50,552 nucleotides of DNA. Source: Planctomycetota bacterium (GTDB lineage Bacteria > Planctomycetota > SZUA-567 > H5-PLA8). The DNA lies in contig JBBRPR010000060.1 of the NCBI GenBank assembly GCA_038227875.1, forward strand, positions 1 to 50,552. Reading direction: 5' to 3'. Below are positions 28,670 to 37,296 of this stretch, piece after piece. Under the pieces are notes generated by a model. That model was not told the DNA's origin. It saw only the letters and a program-made list of their open reading frames with translations, and did not search any database. Each line of letters opens with the position of its first letter. Position 1 is the first letter of the stretch. A program made the position numbers and the translations under genes.

Positions 28670-29611
28670 CTACTGTTTGTTCGACGTGAAGGTGCGAACG
28701 AGAGTGGCGATTTCATCGGCGGCCGTGTCCAGCGCGAAGTGGCCAGCATCCAGCACGTGAACCTCGGCCTTTGGAACGTCGCGGCGGTAGGATTCAGGTT
28801 CCGAAATGTCGAACGACGGGTCGTACTTTCCCCAGAGCACCAGCAGTCGCGGCTGAGTCTTCTGCAGCCAAGCCTGCCACTTCGGGTAGGACTCGACATT
28901 GGTGCGGTAGTCGTAGAACAGGTCGCTTTGAATGTCTGCCTCACCGGGCTTGTTGATAAACGCATACTCGTCGGTCCAAAGATCGGGATCGTACTTCTCC
29001 GGATTCGGGTCGCTGCCGACGTGACGTGCGCGCGTGGTCTCCAGAGAGAGCAAGTTGGTTCGCAGCGCCGCCTCGTGCGTAGCGCGGTCGGCCCAGTACT
29101 CGCGCCGCACTTTCCATATCGCTCCGAGACCCTCGTTGTGAGCCACCGCGTTCTGGACGATCAGCGCTTCGACGCGTTCCGGGTGCGCGAGCGTCATGCG
29201 AAAACCCACGGGTCCGCCGTAGTCCTGCATGTAGAGCGTATACTTCTCTAATTTCATCGCCTCGGTGAAGTGATCCATGGTCGCGGCGATGTGATCGAAG
29301 GTGTACGCGAACTCCTTCGGCGCCGGCGCGTCGCTGTGGCCGAAGCCCGGATAGTCTGGCGCAACCAAATGAAACTGCCCACCCAGCCGCGAGAACAGCG
29401 ACTCAAACATGCGCGAGGAAGAGGGCAGCCCGTGCAGCAGCAGCAGCGTCGGCGCGTCTTTGGGTCCGGCCTCGCGGTAGAAGATGGAGAGCCCGTCAAC
29501 TTTCACTGTGCGATAGGAAATGTGCGGCGTCTCGACGCTTTTCTCTTGAGCGAAAACAGGAGTCGACACCACAACCAATGCGGCCAACACGACTATCTTC
29601 CGCAAGACCAT
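28670..29611 (-). CDS. Alpha/beta hydrolase (epoxide hydrolase/haloalkane dehalogenase-like) with signal peptide
   Basis: LLHGLPSSS, APDYPGFG, MQDYGG (Asp nucleophile), DAGHFAL; GGAGG RBS before ATG 29611. Confidence 0.9.
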   Translation of the reverse strand: MVLRKIVVLAALVVVSTPVFAQEKSVETPHISYRTVKVDGLSIFYREAGPKDAPTLLLLHGLPSSSRMFESLFSRLGGQFHLVAPDYPGFGHSDAPAPKEFAYTFDHIAATMDHFTEAMKLEKYTLYMQDYGGPVGFRMTLAHPERVEALIVQNAVAHNEGLGAIWKVRREYWADRATHEAALRTNLLSLETTRARHVGSDPNPEKYDPDLWTDEYAFINKPGEADIQSDLFYDYRTNVESYPKWQAWLQKTQPRLLVLWGKYDPSFDISEPESYRRDVPKAEVHVLDAGHFALDTAADEIATLVRTFTSNKQ

Positions 29612-29638
29612 GTTAGACCTCCGAATTTTCGCTGCGAC

Positions 29639-29731
29639 GACCCCTGTGCCAATTGGCACACTGGTCAAAATCCAACATGGGGAAAATTTTCCCCATCCTA
29701 ACCGACCGTGTCGTAAATTTACGACACGGTC
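29639..29731. repeat. Tandem cluster of three different perfect palindromes (16, 20 and 28 bp)
   Basis: TGTGCCAATTGGCACA 29645-29660; ATGGGGAAAATTTTCCCCAT 29677-29696; GACCGTGTCGTAAATTTACGACACGGTC 29704-29731. Confidence 0.92.
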
Positions 29732-29746
29732 AGCTGCGCATTTGTG

Positions 29747-30475
29747 CTACCACTTGCCGCTGTGCGCGCCGCCGTCGACATGCAGCACCTCGCCGGTGAT
29801 CTGGCGCGCTTCGGTCAGGTAGATCACCGCGCTGGCGATTTCATCGACGGTGGAGATGGTGCCCATCGGCGAAAGCGTTTTCAGGAAGTCCACCGGATTC
29901 TTTTCGTGCATCGGTGTTTCCACGACTCCGGGCGCCACGGCGTTGAAGCGAATCTGCTCCTTAGCGTATTCCAATGCCAGGCTTTTCAACGCGGCTTCCA
30001 AGCCGCCTTTGGTCATCATCGATACCGCGGCCGGTATGCCGGCGATCGGATTGGCGGCCAGCGAGGCGGTGATGCTGACGATGCTGCCACCGGTCTTCTG
30101 TGCCTGCATCTGTTTGACCGCAAGTTGCGTAACGTAGAGAAAACCGGCGAGATTGATTGCGACGAGCGCATTGAAGTCGTCCGCCGTGTACTGCGTGAAC
30201 GGCTTCGCTGTGAAGATGCCCGCGTTGACGACGACGGCGTCGATCGAGCCGAATTTTTTGATCGCCAGTTCCGTCACTTTCTGCGCGGTCTCAGGTTGTG
30301 CAATATCACCATCGACCAGGGCAAGGTGCTCTGAAGCTGAAAGCTCTTTCAATTTCGTCGCGTTCCGCGAGGTCCCGACCACGTTGTATTCGCGCGCGAG
30401 AAACGCTTTGATCACGCCTGCGCCGATACCCTGTGAAGCGCCTGTCACGATTACTGTCCTGGGTTTGCTTTTCAT
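29747..30475 (-). CDS. SDR family oxidoreductase (atypical, catalytic Tyr absent)
   Basis: TGASQGIG, VNAG, NAVAPG, HVDGG; MMTK in place of YxxxK; GGAGG RBS at 30481-30485. Confidence 0.9.
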   Translation of the reverse strand: MKSKPRTVIVTGASQGIGAGVIKAFLAREYNVVGTSRNATKLKELSASEHLALVDGDIAQPETAQKVTELAIKKFGSIDAVVVNAGIFTAKPFTQYTADDFNALVAINLAGFLYVTQLAVKQMQAQKTGGSIVSITASLAANPIAGIPAAVSMMTKGGLEAALKSLALEYAKEQIRFNAVAPGVVETPMHEKNPVDFLKTLSPMGTISTVDEIASAVIYLTEARQITGEVLHVDGGAHSGKW

Positions 30476-30579
30476 AAATACCTCCATGTTTCGAACGGCG
30501 GCGGATTAATCATGCCCTGCCTGCCTGTCCGCTACGCGAGAAGTCCCCTTTTCGTTGCATGAGAACAGACCCATGCACC

Positions 30580-30611
30580 CCTTATTAGCTCCTTATCGCC
30601 TCTTAATTGCT
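30580..30611. promoter_or_regulatory. Phased imperfect direct repeats upstream of the SDR gene
   Basis: CCTTATTAGCT CCTTATCGCCT CTTAATTGCT. Confidence 0.3.
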
Positions 30612-30753
30612 CCACCACGTTTGTCAAGGCGGCGTAACCGTTCTTAACGGGGAGCAGTGCGTTTTCTTTAGTCGCGAACATCGCGGGAATGTGAATTCTA
30701 CTTGAAAGCCATCCGCTTCAGTCCGACATAGACAGTCACTGGAGAGCCTGCGC

Positions 30754-32412
30754 GTGCTGATACGACCGAAATTTATGATGCTGTGTGCAATGGCATTGCC
30801 GTTGTGTTTCTTTCGATTCGCCCATGCTCAAAGTACGCCGCCAAGCCTCACGAGCGTGAATCCCGCCAGTGGCGCGGTAAGCGGCGGCACGACGGTGACG
30901 CTCACGGGCACGAATTTTCAAAGCGGCGCGACAGTGCTGTTCGGCGACACATCTGCGGAGAACGTGGTCTTCGTCTCCGGCACAAAATTGACGGCGGTCA
31001 CCCCCGCGCATGCTTCCGGTGCTGTGAATGTGACGGTCACGAATCCGGACACGCAAAACTCTTCTCTGGCCAACGGCTTCATTTTCGGCGGCGCGTTGAC
31101 GATCAGTTCCGTTAAATCCGCACGCAGTTCGACCAACGGCGGCGCGGTCGTGACGATCAGCGGCTCAAATTTCACGACCGAGACCACGGTCACCATTGGC
31201 GGTAACGCGGCCAGCCACGTCACGTTCATCAGCTCAACGCAATTGATCTGTACCACGCCGGCGCATGCGGGCGGCGGCGCTGTGGATGTCACCGTCACCA
31301 ATCCGGGTGCGCCAGCCGCAGTTCTGCCGAATGGGATGACGTACATTCAGGCCTTCGCTCCAACCGTGGACCGCGTGACGCCAGACTTTGGCACGAACAA
31401 TGGCGGCACGACCGTCTCTGTCGTTGGTACACGTTTTGTACCGGGCAGCAGTGTGGTTTTTGGCGGCGTGGTGCTGAGCACTACCTACGAAGGCACGAAG
31501 CGGTTGATGTGCGTCACGCCGGCCGCTCCGTTGAATGCCGTGGTGACGGTGGAAGTGATCAATCCCGATGGCCAACGCGGCGCGCTGCCCCGCGCCTTCG
31601 ATTTCAACGTGATTGCCGCGCCAGGAATCACGAGCATCGCCCCCAATCATGGACCCACCAACGGCGGCAACGTGGCACGCATCAAAGGTTCAAACTTTAT
31701 CAAAGGCGCGACGGTGACATTCGACGGCACGGCGGCAAGCAACGTGGCCTTCGTCACGTCGCGATTTATGACCTGCACGGTTCCCGCGCGAATTTCGGGT
31801 GCGGGAACTTCTCTTGTCGTCGTCACCAATCCCGACGGCACCAGGAGCGTGCTCAGCCGCGGCTATACGTACACGCTGGCGCATACGCCGCTGCTCGCCG
31901 GTGTTACTCCCGACACCGGACCCGACGCAGGCGGCACGACCGTCATCATCGCCGGCTCGGGTTTCGTCAACGGAACGGCGGTCGATTTCGGTGGCGTCGC
32001 GGCGCAAAGCGTCACGTTTAATTCGCCGACGCAACTGACCTGCGTCACGCCCACCAACTCCGCCGGCGGAGTGCTCGTGACAGTGACCAATCCGGACGGA
32101 CAATCGCGCTCTCTGGTGCGCGGCTTCACGTACATCGCGTCGACCACGCCGCCACCGCCGACGCTCGTCAGTCTCGCGCCGTCGACAGGAAATCCGCTGG
32201 GCGGGACGTTCGTCACGGTTACGGGGCGAAACTTCGTCAGCGGCGCGCGCGTAACATTTGGTGGAGTGGCCGCAACGGTGATTTTTGTCAGCGCGACCCA
32301 GTTAACCACCTCCAGCCCGCCCCACGCGATTGGCGCCGTGGACATGGTCGTGACGAATCCCGATTTACAGACCAGCACGCTGAGCGCTGGATTCATTTAT
32401 GAAGCGCCGTAG
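30754..32412 (+). CDS. Secreted protein made of six tandem IPT/TIG domains
   Basis: Signal peptide ending AHA; six repeats of P.I..V.P..G...GGT.VTI.G.NF...V.VTNPDG...F.Y. Confidence 0.9.
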   Translation: MLIRPKFMMLCAMALPLCFFRFAHAQSTPPSLTSVNPASGAVSGGTTVTLTGTNFQSGATVLFGDTSAENVVFVSGTKLTAVTPAHASGAVNVTVTNPDTQNSSLANGFIFGGALTISSVKSARSSTNGGAVVTISGSNFTTETTVTIGGNAASHVTFISSTQLICTTPAHAGGGAVDVTVTNPGAPAAVLPNGMTYIQAFAPTVDRVTPDFGTNNGGTTVSVVGTRFVPGSSVVFGGVVLSTTYEGTKRLMCVTPAAPLNAVVTVEVINPDGQRGALPRAFDFNVIAAPGITSIAPNHGPTNGGNVARIKGSNFIKGATVTFDGTAASNVAFVTSRFMTCTVPARISGAGTSLVVVTNPDGTRSVLSRGYTYTLAHTPLLAGVTPDTGPDAGGTTVIIAGSGFVNGTAVDFGGVAAQSVTFNSPTQLTCVTPTNSAGGVLVTVTNPDGQSRSLVRGFTYIASTTPPPPTLVSLAPSTGNPLGGTFVTVTGRNFVSGARVTFGGVAATVIFVSATQLTTSSPPHAIGAVDMVVTNPDLQTSTLSAGFIYEAP

Positions 32413-32623
32413 CGTCAGCTGCCTAAGTATCACAAATTCAAACACTTAGAGTTACGCCGCTGCCGAAAATTCGCTGGGATTCGTGAAAGAACTAAGGGTC
32501 AGTACGCGACAATGTGTTACGCTGTGGGACACCTTACCGAATCTTTGGCAGGCTAGAGAAAAGAGCGGCAACTCTTTTTGCAGCAAAATTTTATATGTTC
32601 GCTCTAGTTCGACTGAAAGACCA

Positions 32624-32643
32624 CGGTGGCCAATTGGCCACCG
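32624..32643. promoter_or_regulatory. 20-bp perfect palindrome upstream of the T2SS operon, candidate operator
   Basis: CGGTGGCCAATTGGCCACCG, 42 nt before ATG 32686. Confidence 0.6.
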
Positions 32644-32685
32644 CGAGAATCGGGTGAACTAGTCCTCTGTAAGGAGAACGCAATC

Positions 32686-33297
32686 ATGTCATTGGCCAAG
32701 TCGTTTATATGTGTGTTGTTTGCGATCAGCGCGTTGGCATTGGTGCCGGCATCGGCTGAAGATGCGCCGCCTGCTCCAGACGGCGGCGCCAAACAGGGCG
32801 GCGGTCAAGGCGGCGGTGGCCAGGGTGGCCGCGGCAATTTCGATCCCGAGCAGTTCAAGCAACGCATGCTCGACCGGATGAAGGAAAGTCTGGGCCTCAG
32901 CGATGACGAGATGAAAGCGTTGCAGCCGAAAATCGAAGCTGTTCAGAAATTGCAGGCGCAGGTCCGTGGCGGAGCCCGGGGATTCGGCGGCTTTGGTGGT
33001 GGCGGAGGCATGCAGCGCCGCAGAGGCGGAAATGGCGGCGGCGGAGATGCCACGCCCGCAGCACCCACAACGCCGCCGGAACCGAAGTCGGAATCCGAAA
33101 AGAAGACTCAGGAACTGCAGGCGCTGGTGGACAACAAAGAGAACACCGACGTCAAAGCCATCAAGGCCAAGCTGCAGGAAGTCCGTGAGATCCGCGAAAA
33201 GGCGCGCGGCGATTTAAAGAAGGCGCAGGACGAATTGCGCGAGCTGTTGACGCCCAAGCAGGAAGCGCAACTGGTGCTGATGGGTATCCTGGAGTAA
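32686..33297 (+). CDS. Gly-rich periplasmic helical protein, Spy/CpxP-like (LTxxQ)
   Basis: AAGGAG RBS; signal peptide; LGLSDDE and ELLTPKQEA motifs. Confidence 0.7.
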   Translation: MSLAKSFICVLFAISALALVPASAEDAPPAPDGGAKQGGGQGGGGQGGRGNFDPEQFKQRMLDRMKESLGLSDDEMKALQPKIEAVQKLQAQVRGGARGFGGFGGGGGMQRRRGGNGGGGDATPAAPTTPPEPKSESEKKTQELQALVDNKENTDVKAIKAKLQEVREIREKARGDLKKAQDELRELLTPKQEAQLVLMGILE

Positions 33298-33341
33298 ATG
33301 CTCCAGACGTCGTCGCATCCACCCATAGGTCGTGTGAGGTC

Positions 33342-35036
33342 GTGGTGAGTACGCTACTCGATGAACTTCAACACGACGGTCTGATCGGCGCGGCGGACGC
33401 GGAACGCGTCCGCCCGTTGTTGCTGGCCGGACAACCTGTCGACGAGGCGCTCATTGGTTCCGGCGCTCTGACCGAAGAGCAGGTGCTGAAATACCTCTCG
33501 ACGAAGTTTGGCGTGCCGTACCTGGAACTCGACGAATCGTCCTTCAAGAAGGATTTCTTCGCGCGCTTTCCCGTGCGAGTGCTGCTCAAGCACCGCATGC
33601 TTCCCGTCTCCATCGACAACAACGTGGTGCTCGTGGCCTCCTCGCGGCCCTGCGACACCACGGGGCTCGACGAATTGCGGCTGGCGACGGGGATGGACTG
33701 CCGGCTGGCGCTCTCGTCGTCGGCGGAGATCGACCGCTGCGCGCGCAAGTTTCTGGGCATCGGCGCAGACACGATCGAATCGATGGCCAACGATTCAGAA
33801 GAGGCCGGCGTCTCGGTCATCTCCGAAGACGAGAATGACGTCGACGTCAGCGACGAGGCCGGCGAAGCGTCGGTGATCAAGTTCGTCAATCAGGTACTGG
33901 CCGAAGCGATCGAACTGCGCGCGACGGACGTTCACATCGAACCGTTCGAGCGCGAATTGCGTCTGCGCTACCGCATCGACGGCATGCTGCAGGAAATCAA
34001 CGTACCGCAGCAGATCAAACAGTTTCAGCCTGCGATTATTTCACGCCTGAAAATCCTGGCGCACTTGAACATCGCCGAAAAACGCCTACCGCAGGACGGT
34101 CGTATCAAGCTGCGCATCGGCACCAACGAACTGGACGTGCGCGCGTCCGTGATTCCCATGCTCCACGGCGAAGGGATCGTGCTGCGATTGCTCCACCGCA
34201 GCAACGCGTTGCTGGGGCTTTCGGAACTCGGCATGGCCGACAACGATCGCAAGGAAATCGAACGCATTCTCGACCTGCCGCACGGCATCTTCCTGGTCAC
34301 CGGCCCCACCGGCAGCGGCAAAACCACGACGCTCTACGCCGCGCTCTCGCAGATCAACGATGCCGAACGCAAGATCATCACCATCGAAGACCCGGTCGAA
34401 TACTACCTGCGCGGCATCAACCAGATTCAGGTCAATACCAAATCCGGACTGACATTTGGCCTGGGCCTGCGCTCGATCCTGCGCCACGATCCGGACGTGG
34501 TCCTCGTCGGCGAAATCCGCGACCGCGAGACGGCGGAGATCGCGGTGCAGGCGTCGCTGACGGGACATTTAGTCTTCTCGACACTTCACACCAACGACGC
34601 GCCGGGCGCGCTGACGCGCTTGATCGACATGGGTGTGGAGCCGTATCTCGTCGTGTCGTCGCTGGAAGGCGTGCTGGCCCAGCGCCTCGTCCGCTTGATC
34701 TGCGTGAAGTGCCGCGAGGAATTCCACACGCCAGCGAAAGAAACGATCCGGCTGGAAGCCGGGCGCGAGCTGCCGAAGACGTCCTTCCGCGGAAAGGGCT
34801 GCAAGGCCTGTCAGGGAACGGGATATCGCGGCCGCGCGAGCATCTGCGAACTGATGGGCGTCACCGAAGACGTGCGCGCGGCGATTCTGGCGCGCGCATC
34901 CAGCGGCGAGATCCGCAAGATTGCCATTCAGCAGGGCATGAACAGCCTGCGCGCTGACGGCTGGCGCCTGGTGCTGGCCGGACGCACAACCATCGAAGAA
35001 GTTCTGCGCGCCACCAAAGACGAGGCGGGTGGCTGA
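33342..35036 (+). CDS. gspE: Type II secretion ATPase
   Basis: ATDVHIEP, RLPQDGR, GPTGSGKTTT, TIEDPVE, LRHDPDVVLVGEIRD, STLHTN, two CxxC pairs. Confidence 0.95.
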   Translation: MVSTLLDELQHDGLIGAADAERVRPLLLAGQPVDEALIGSGALTEEQVLKYLSTKFGVPYLELDESSFKKDFFARFPVRVLLKHRMLPVSIDNNVVLVASSRPCDTTGLDELRLATGMDCRLALSSSAEIDRCARKFLGIGADTIESMANDSEEAGVSVISEDENDVDVSDEAGEASVIKFVNQVLAEAIELRATDVHIEPFERELRLRYRIDGMLQEINVPQQIKQFQPAIISRLKILAHLNIAEKRLPQDGRIKLRIGTNELDVRASVIPMLHGEGIVLRLLHRSNALLGLSELGMADNDRKEIERILDLPHGIFLVTGPTGSGKTTTLYAALSQINDAERKIITIEDPVEYYLRGINQIQVNTKSGLTFGLGLRSILRHDPDVVLVGEIRDRETAEIAVQASLTGHLVFSTLHTNDAPGALTRLIDMGVEPYLVVSSLEGVLAQRLVRLICVKCREEFHTPAKETIRLEAGRELPKTSFRGKGCKACQGTGYRGRASICELMGVTEDVRAAILARASSGEIRKIAIQQGMNSLRADGWRLVLAGRTTIEEVLRATKDEAGG

Positions 35037-36250
35037 TGCCGATGTACGATTTCAAAGCCATCGACGCGAAAGGCAAAGAGAGCGTCGGTTCGCTCTCCGC
35101 TGACAACCGCGGCGCGGCCGTGAACCTCGTCATCCAGCGCGGCTTCACGCCAGTGGTCGTGCAGGAGCACGGCAAGGCCGACGCACCGATCATCAAGTCG
35201 CCGACGACCGGCCGGCCGCCTCAGGCTCAGATCGACAATTTCACGCGCGAGCTGGCCAATCTACTCAACGCCGCCGTGCCGCTTAGCCGCGCGCTGACGA
35301 TCATCGTCCGCGAAGCGACGCATCCGGTCGCGCGCGCACAGTGGACGATCATTCATGACGACGTCGTCGGCGGCGCATCGCTGGCCGAAACGTTGTCGCG
35401 ATTCCCCAACACCTTTCCGTCCGTTTATGTGGCGATGGTTCACGCCGGCGAGACGGGCGGGTTCCTCGATGTCGTGCTCTCGCAGATCGCCGATTTTCAG
35501 CAGCGCGAAGAAGACCTGAAAGGCAAAGTCAAAGCCGCACTGATCTATCCGGCGGTGCTCGCGTCACTCGCCGTTGCGGTATTGATCTTCCTGCTGACGT
35601 ATTTCATTCCGCGCTTCACAATCGTCTTCAAAGACTTCGGCGGATCGCTGCCGTGGCTGACACAGATGATCGTCGCGGCAAGTAACGGCATTCTGAAACA
35701 CGGTCCCGTCGCGCTGGTGATTCTCTGCGGCGCGCTGTTCGGTTTGAAGCGGCTGGCGGAGACGGAATCCGGACAGATGGCCATCGATCGATTCATGATC
35801 AAAGTTCCGTTGCTGGGTCAGGTCGTGGTGCGCTTCGCGCTGATCCGTTTTCTGCGCATGCTCGGCACGCTACTGGGCGCCGGCGTCGGACTGATTGAAG
35901 CGCTGAAGGTGGCGAAGGAAGCGGTGGGCAACCGCGTGATGACCGAAACCGTGGCGCGCGCCATAGACGACGTCCAGAAAGGCTCCAGTCTTTCCAAGAG
36001 TCTTTCAACAAACTCGAAGCTCTTTCCCCCGTCGATCGCCGAAATGGTGGCCGTCGCCGAGGAAACCAGCCGCCTCGATAAAGAATTGCAGCGCATGTCC
36101 ATCGCGATGGAATCGGATCTCGACCGGCGCCTGCGCATGCTGGTGGCGCTGGCCGAGCCGCTGCTGCTGTTCATGATGGCCAGCGTGATCGGCACCATCG
36201 TCGTCGGCATGCTGCTGCCGCTGTTCCAATTGCAGGACCTCGTAAAATAG
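35036..36250 (+). CDS. gspF: Type II secretion inner-membrane platform protein
   Basis: FTRELANLLNAAVPL, AGETGGFLD, ALIYP, LAEP; TGATG overlap with gspE. Confidence 0.93.
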   Translation: MPMYDFKAIDAKGKESVGSLSADNRGAAVNLVIQRGFTPVVVQEHGKADAPIIKSPTTGRPPQAQIDNFTRELANLLNAAVPLSRALTIIVREATHPVARAQWTIIHDDVVGGASLAETLSRFPNTFPSVYVAMVHAGETGGFLDVVLSQIADFQQREEDLKGKVKAALIYPAVLASLAVAVLIFLLTYFIPRFTIVFKDFGGSLPWLTQMIVAASNGILKHGPVALVILCGALFGLKRLAETESGQMAIDRFMIKVPLLGQVVVRFALIRFLRMLGTLLGAGVGLIEALKVAKEAVGNRVMTETVARAIDDVQKGSSLSKSLSTNSKLFPPSIAEMVAVAEETSRLDKELQRMSIAMESDLDRRLRMLVALAEPLLLFMMASVIGTIVVGMLLPLFQLQDLVK

Positions 36251-36287
36251 TGCGCCAAAGTTCCATTTAAGGAAAGGATCTGTCCCG

Positions 36288-36719
36288 ATGCTGATGTTTA
36301 GAATGAAACGCGATTCCCGTGGATTTACGCTTGTCGAATTGCTGCTGGTGCTGGTGATCCTGGCCGTGCTAGCCGCTGTAGTCGTGCCGAAATTCACAAA
36401 GCGGTCCGAACAGGCGCGCATCGCCGCGGCGACGACAGACATCGCCAATCTCGGCGTGGCACTCGATTCGTTCGAAGTGGACGTCGGCCGCTATCCGACC
36501 AACGACGAAGGCCTGCGCGCGCTGATGGAACTGCCCGGCAACGCCAAGGACTGGAAAGGCCCGTATTTGAAGCGCTCGCTCGGCAACGATCCGTGGGGGC
36601 ATCCGTACATCTACAAGGCGCCGGGTTCGCACAACGCCAGCGGTTACGACCTCTATTCCTACGGACCCGACGGACAAGAAGGCGGAAGCGATGACATCGA
36701 CAATTGGTCCCAGAAGTAA
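36288..36719 (+). CDS. gspG: Major pseudopilin
   Basis: G|FTLVELL, GRYPT..GLRAL, WKGPYL, DPWGHPY, SYGPDG..GG.DDI. Confidence 0.95.
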   Translation: MLMFRMKRDSRGFTLVELLLVLVILAVLAAVVVPKFTKRSEQARIAAATTDIANLGVALDSFEVDVGRYPTNDEGLRALMELPGNAKDWKGPYLKRSLGNDPWGHPYIYKAPGSHNASGYDLYSYGPDGQEGGSDDIDNWSQK

Positions 36720-37296
36720 ACTTCGCGCGACGAAGCCGCGCGGATTTACATTGATGGAACTGGTGCTGGTGATGCTCATCCTTGCGGTGGCGTCGGCCGT
36801 GGTCGCGCCGTCGCTCCACAATTTCATTCTCGGTCGCAAGAGCCACGACGCCGCCGCGCAGATCCTGACGCTGGGACAGTACGCGCACATCCAGGCGGTC
36901 AATCACGGCGGCGTGTACCGCTTGAATCTCGACACCCAAGCGCGGACCTACTGGCTGACGCACAAGGACGGCGCCGTCTTCCGTGCGCTGGGCGAAGAAT
37001 TCGGCCGGACGTTCACACTTCCCGTGGGAACGACCGCGCGCTGGATCTCGCCGGACCCGGCCACCGGACAGAACACAAGCGGGCAGAGCGGCATGTCTGG
37101 TCCCGGCATCTCGCTGACACCGCGTGCGTCCACCAGCTCAACGGGAGCGAACGGCCTCCATTCCTACATCGATTTTTATCCCGACGGTCGCGTCGATGCG
37201 TGGAACCTGGAGATTACCGATTCCACCGGTCGAACCTCAATCGGTTGTAAATCCGAAACCGAACCGCTGACGATCTTGGAGCGGAGCGCGCGATGA
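36691..37296 (+). CDS. gspH: Minor pseudopilin GspH/FimT-like
   Basis: G|FTLMELVLV prepilin motif; IDFYPDG; position after gspG. Confidence 0.75.
   Translation: MTSTIGPRSKLRATKPRGFTLMELVLVMLILAVASAVVAPSLHNFILGRKSHDAAAQILTLGQYAHIQAVNHGGVYRLNLDTQARTYWLTHKDGAVFRALGEEFGRTFTLPVGTTARWISPDPATGQNTSGQSGMSGPGISLTPRASTSSTGANGLHSYIDFYPDGRVDAWNLEITDSTGRTSIGCKSETEPLTILERSAR

Noticed and set aside
29621..29747. CRISPR array or intrinsic terminator reading of the palindrome cluster
   Set aside because: Units are not identical repeats with unique spacers, no cas genes are present, and there are no loops or U-tails.
32566..32582. Sigma-54 promoter CGGCA...TTGCA before the T2SS operon
   Set aside because: GG-to-GC spacing is 11 nt rather than the required 10.
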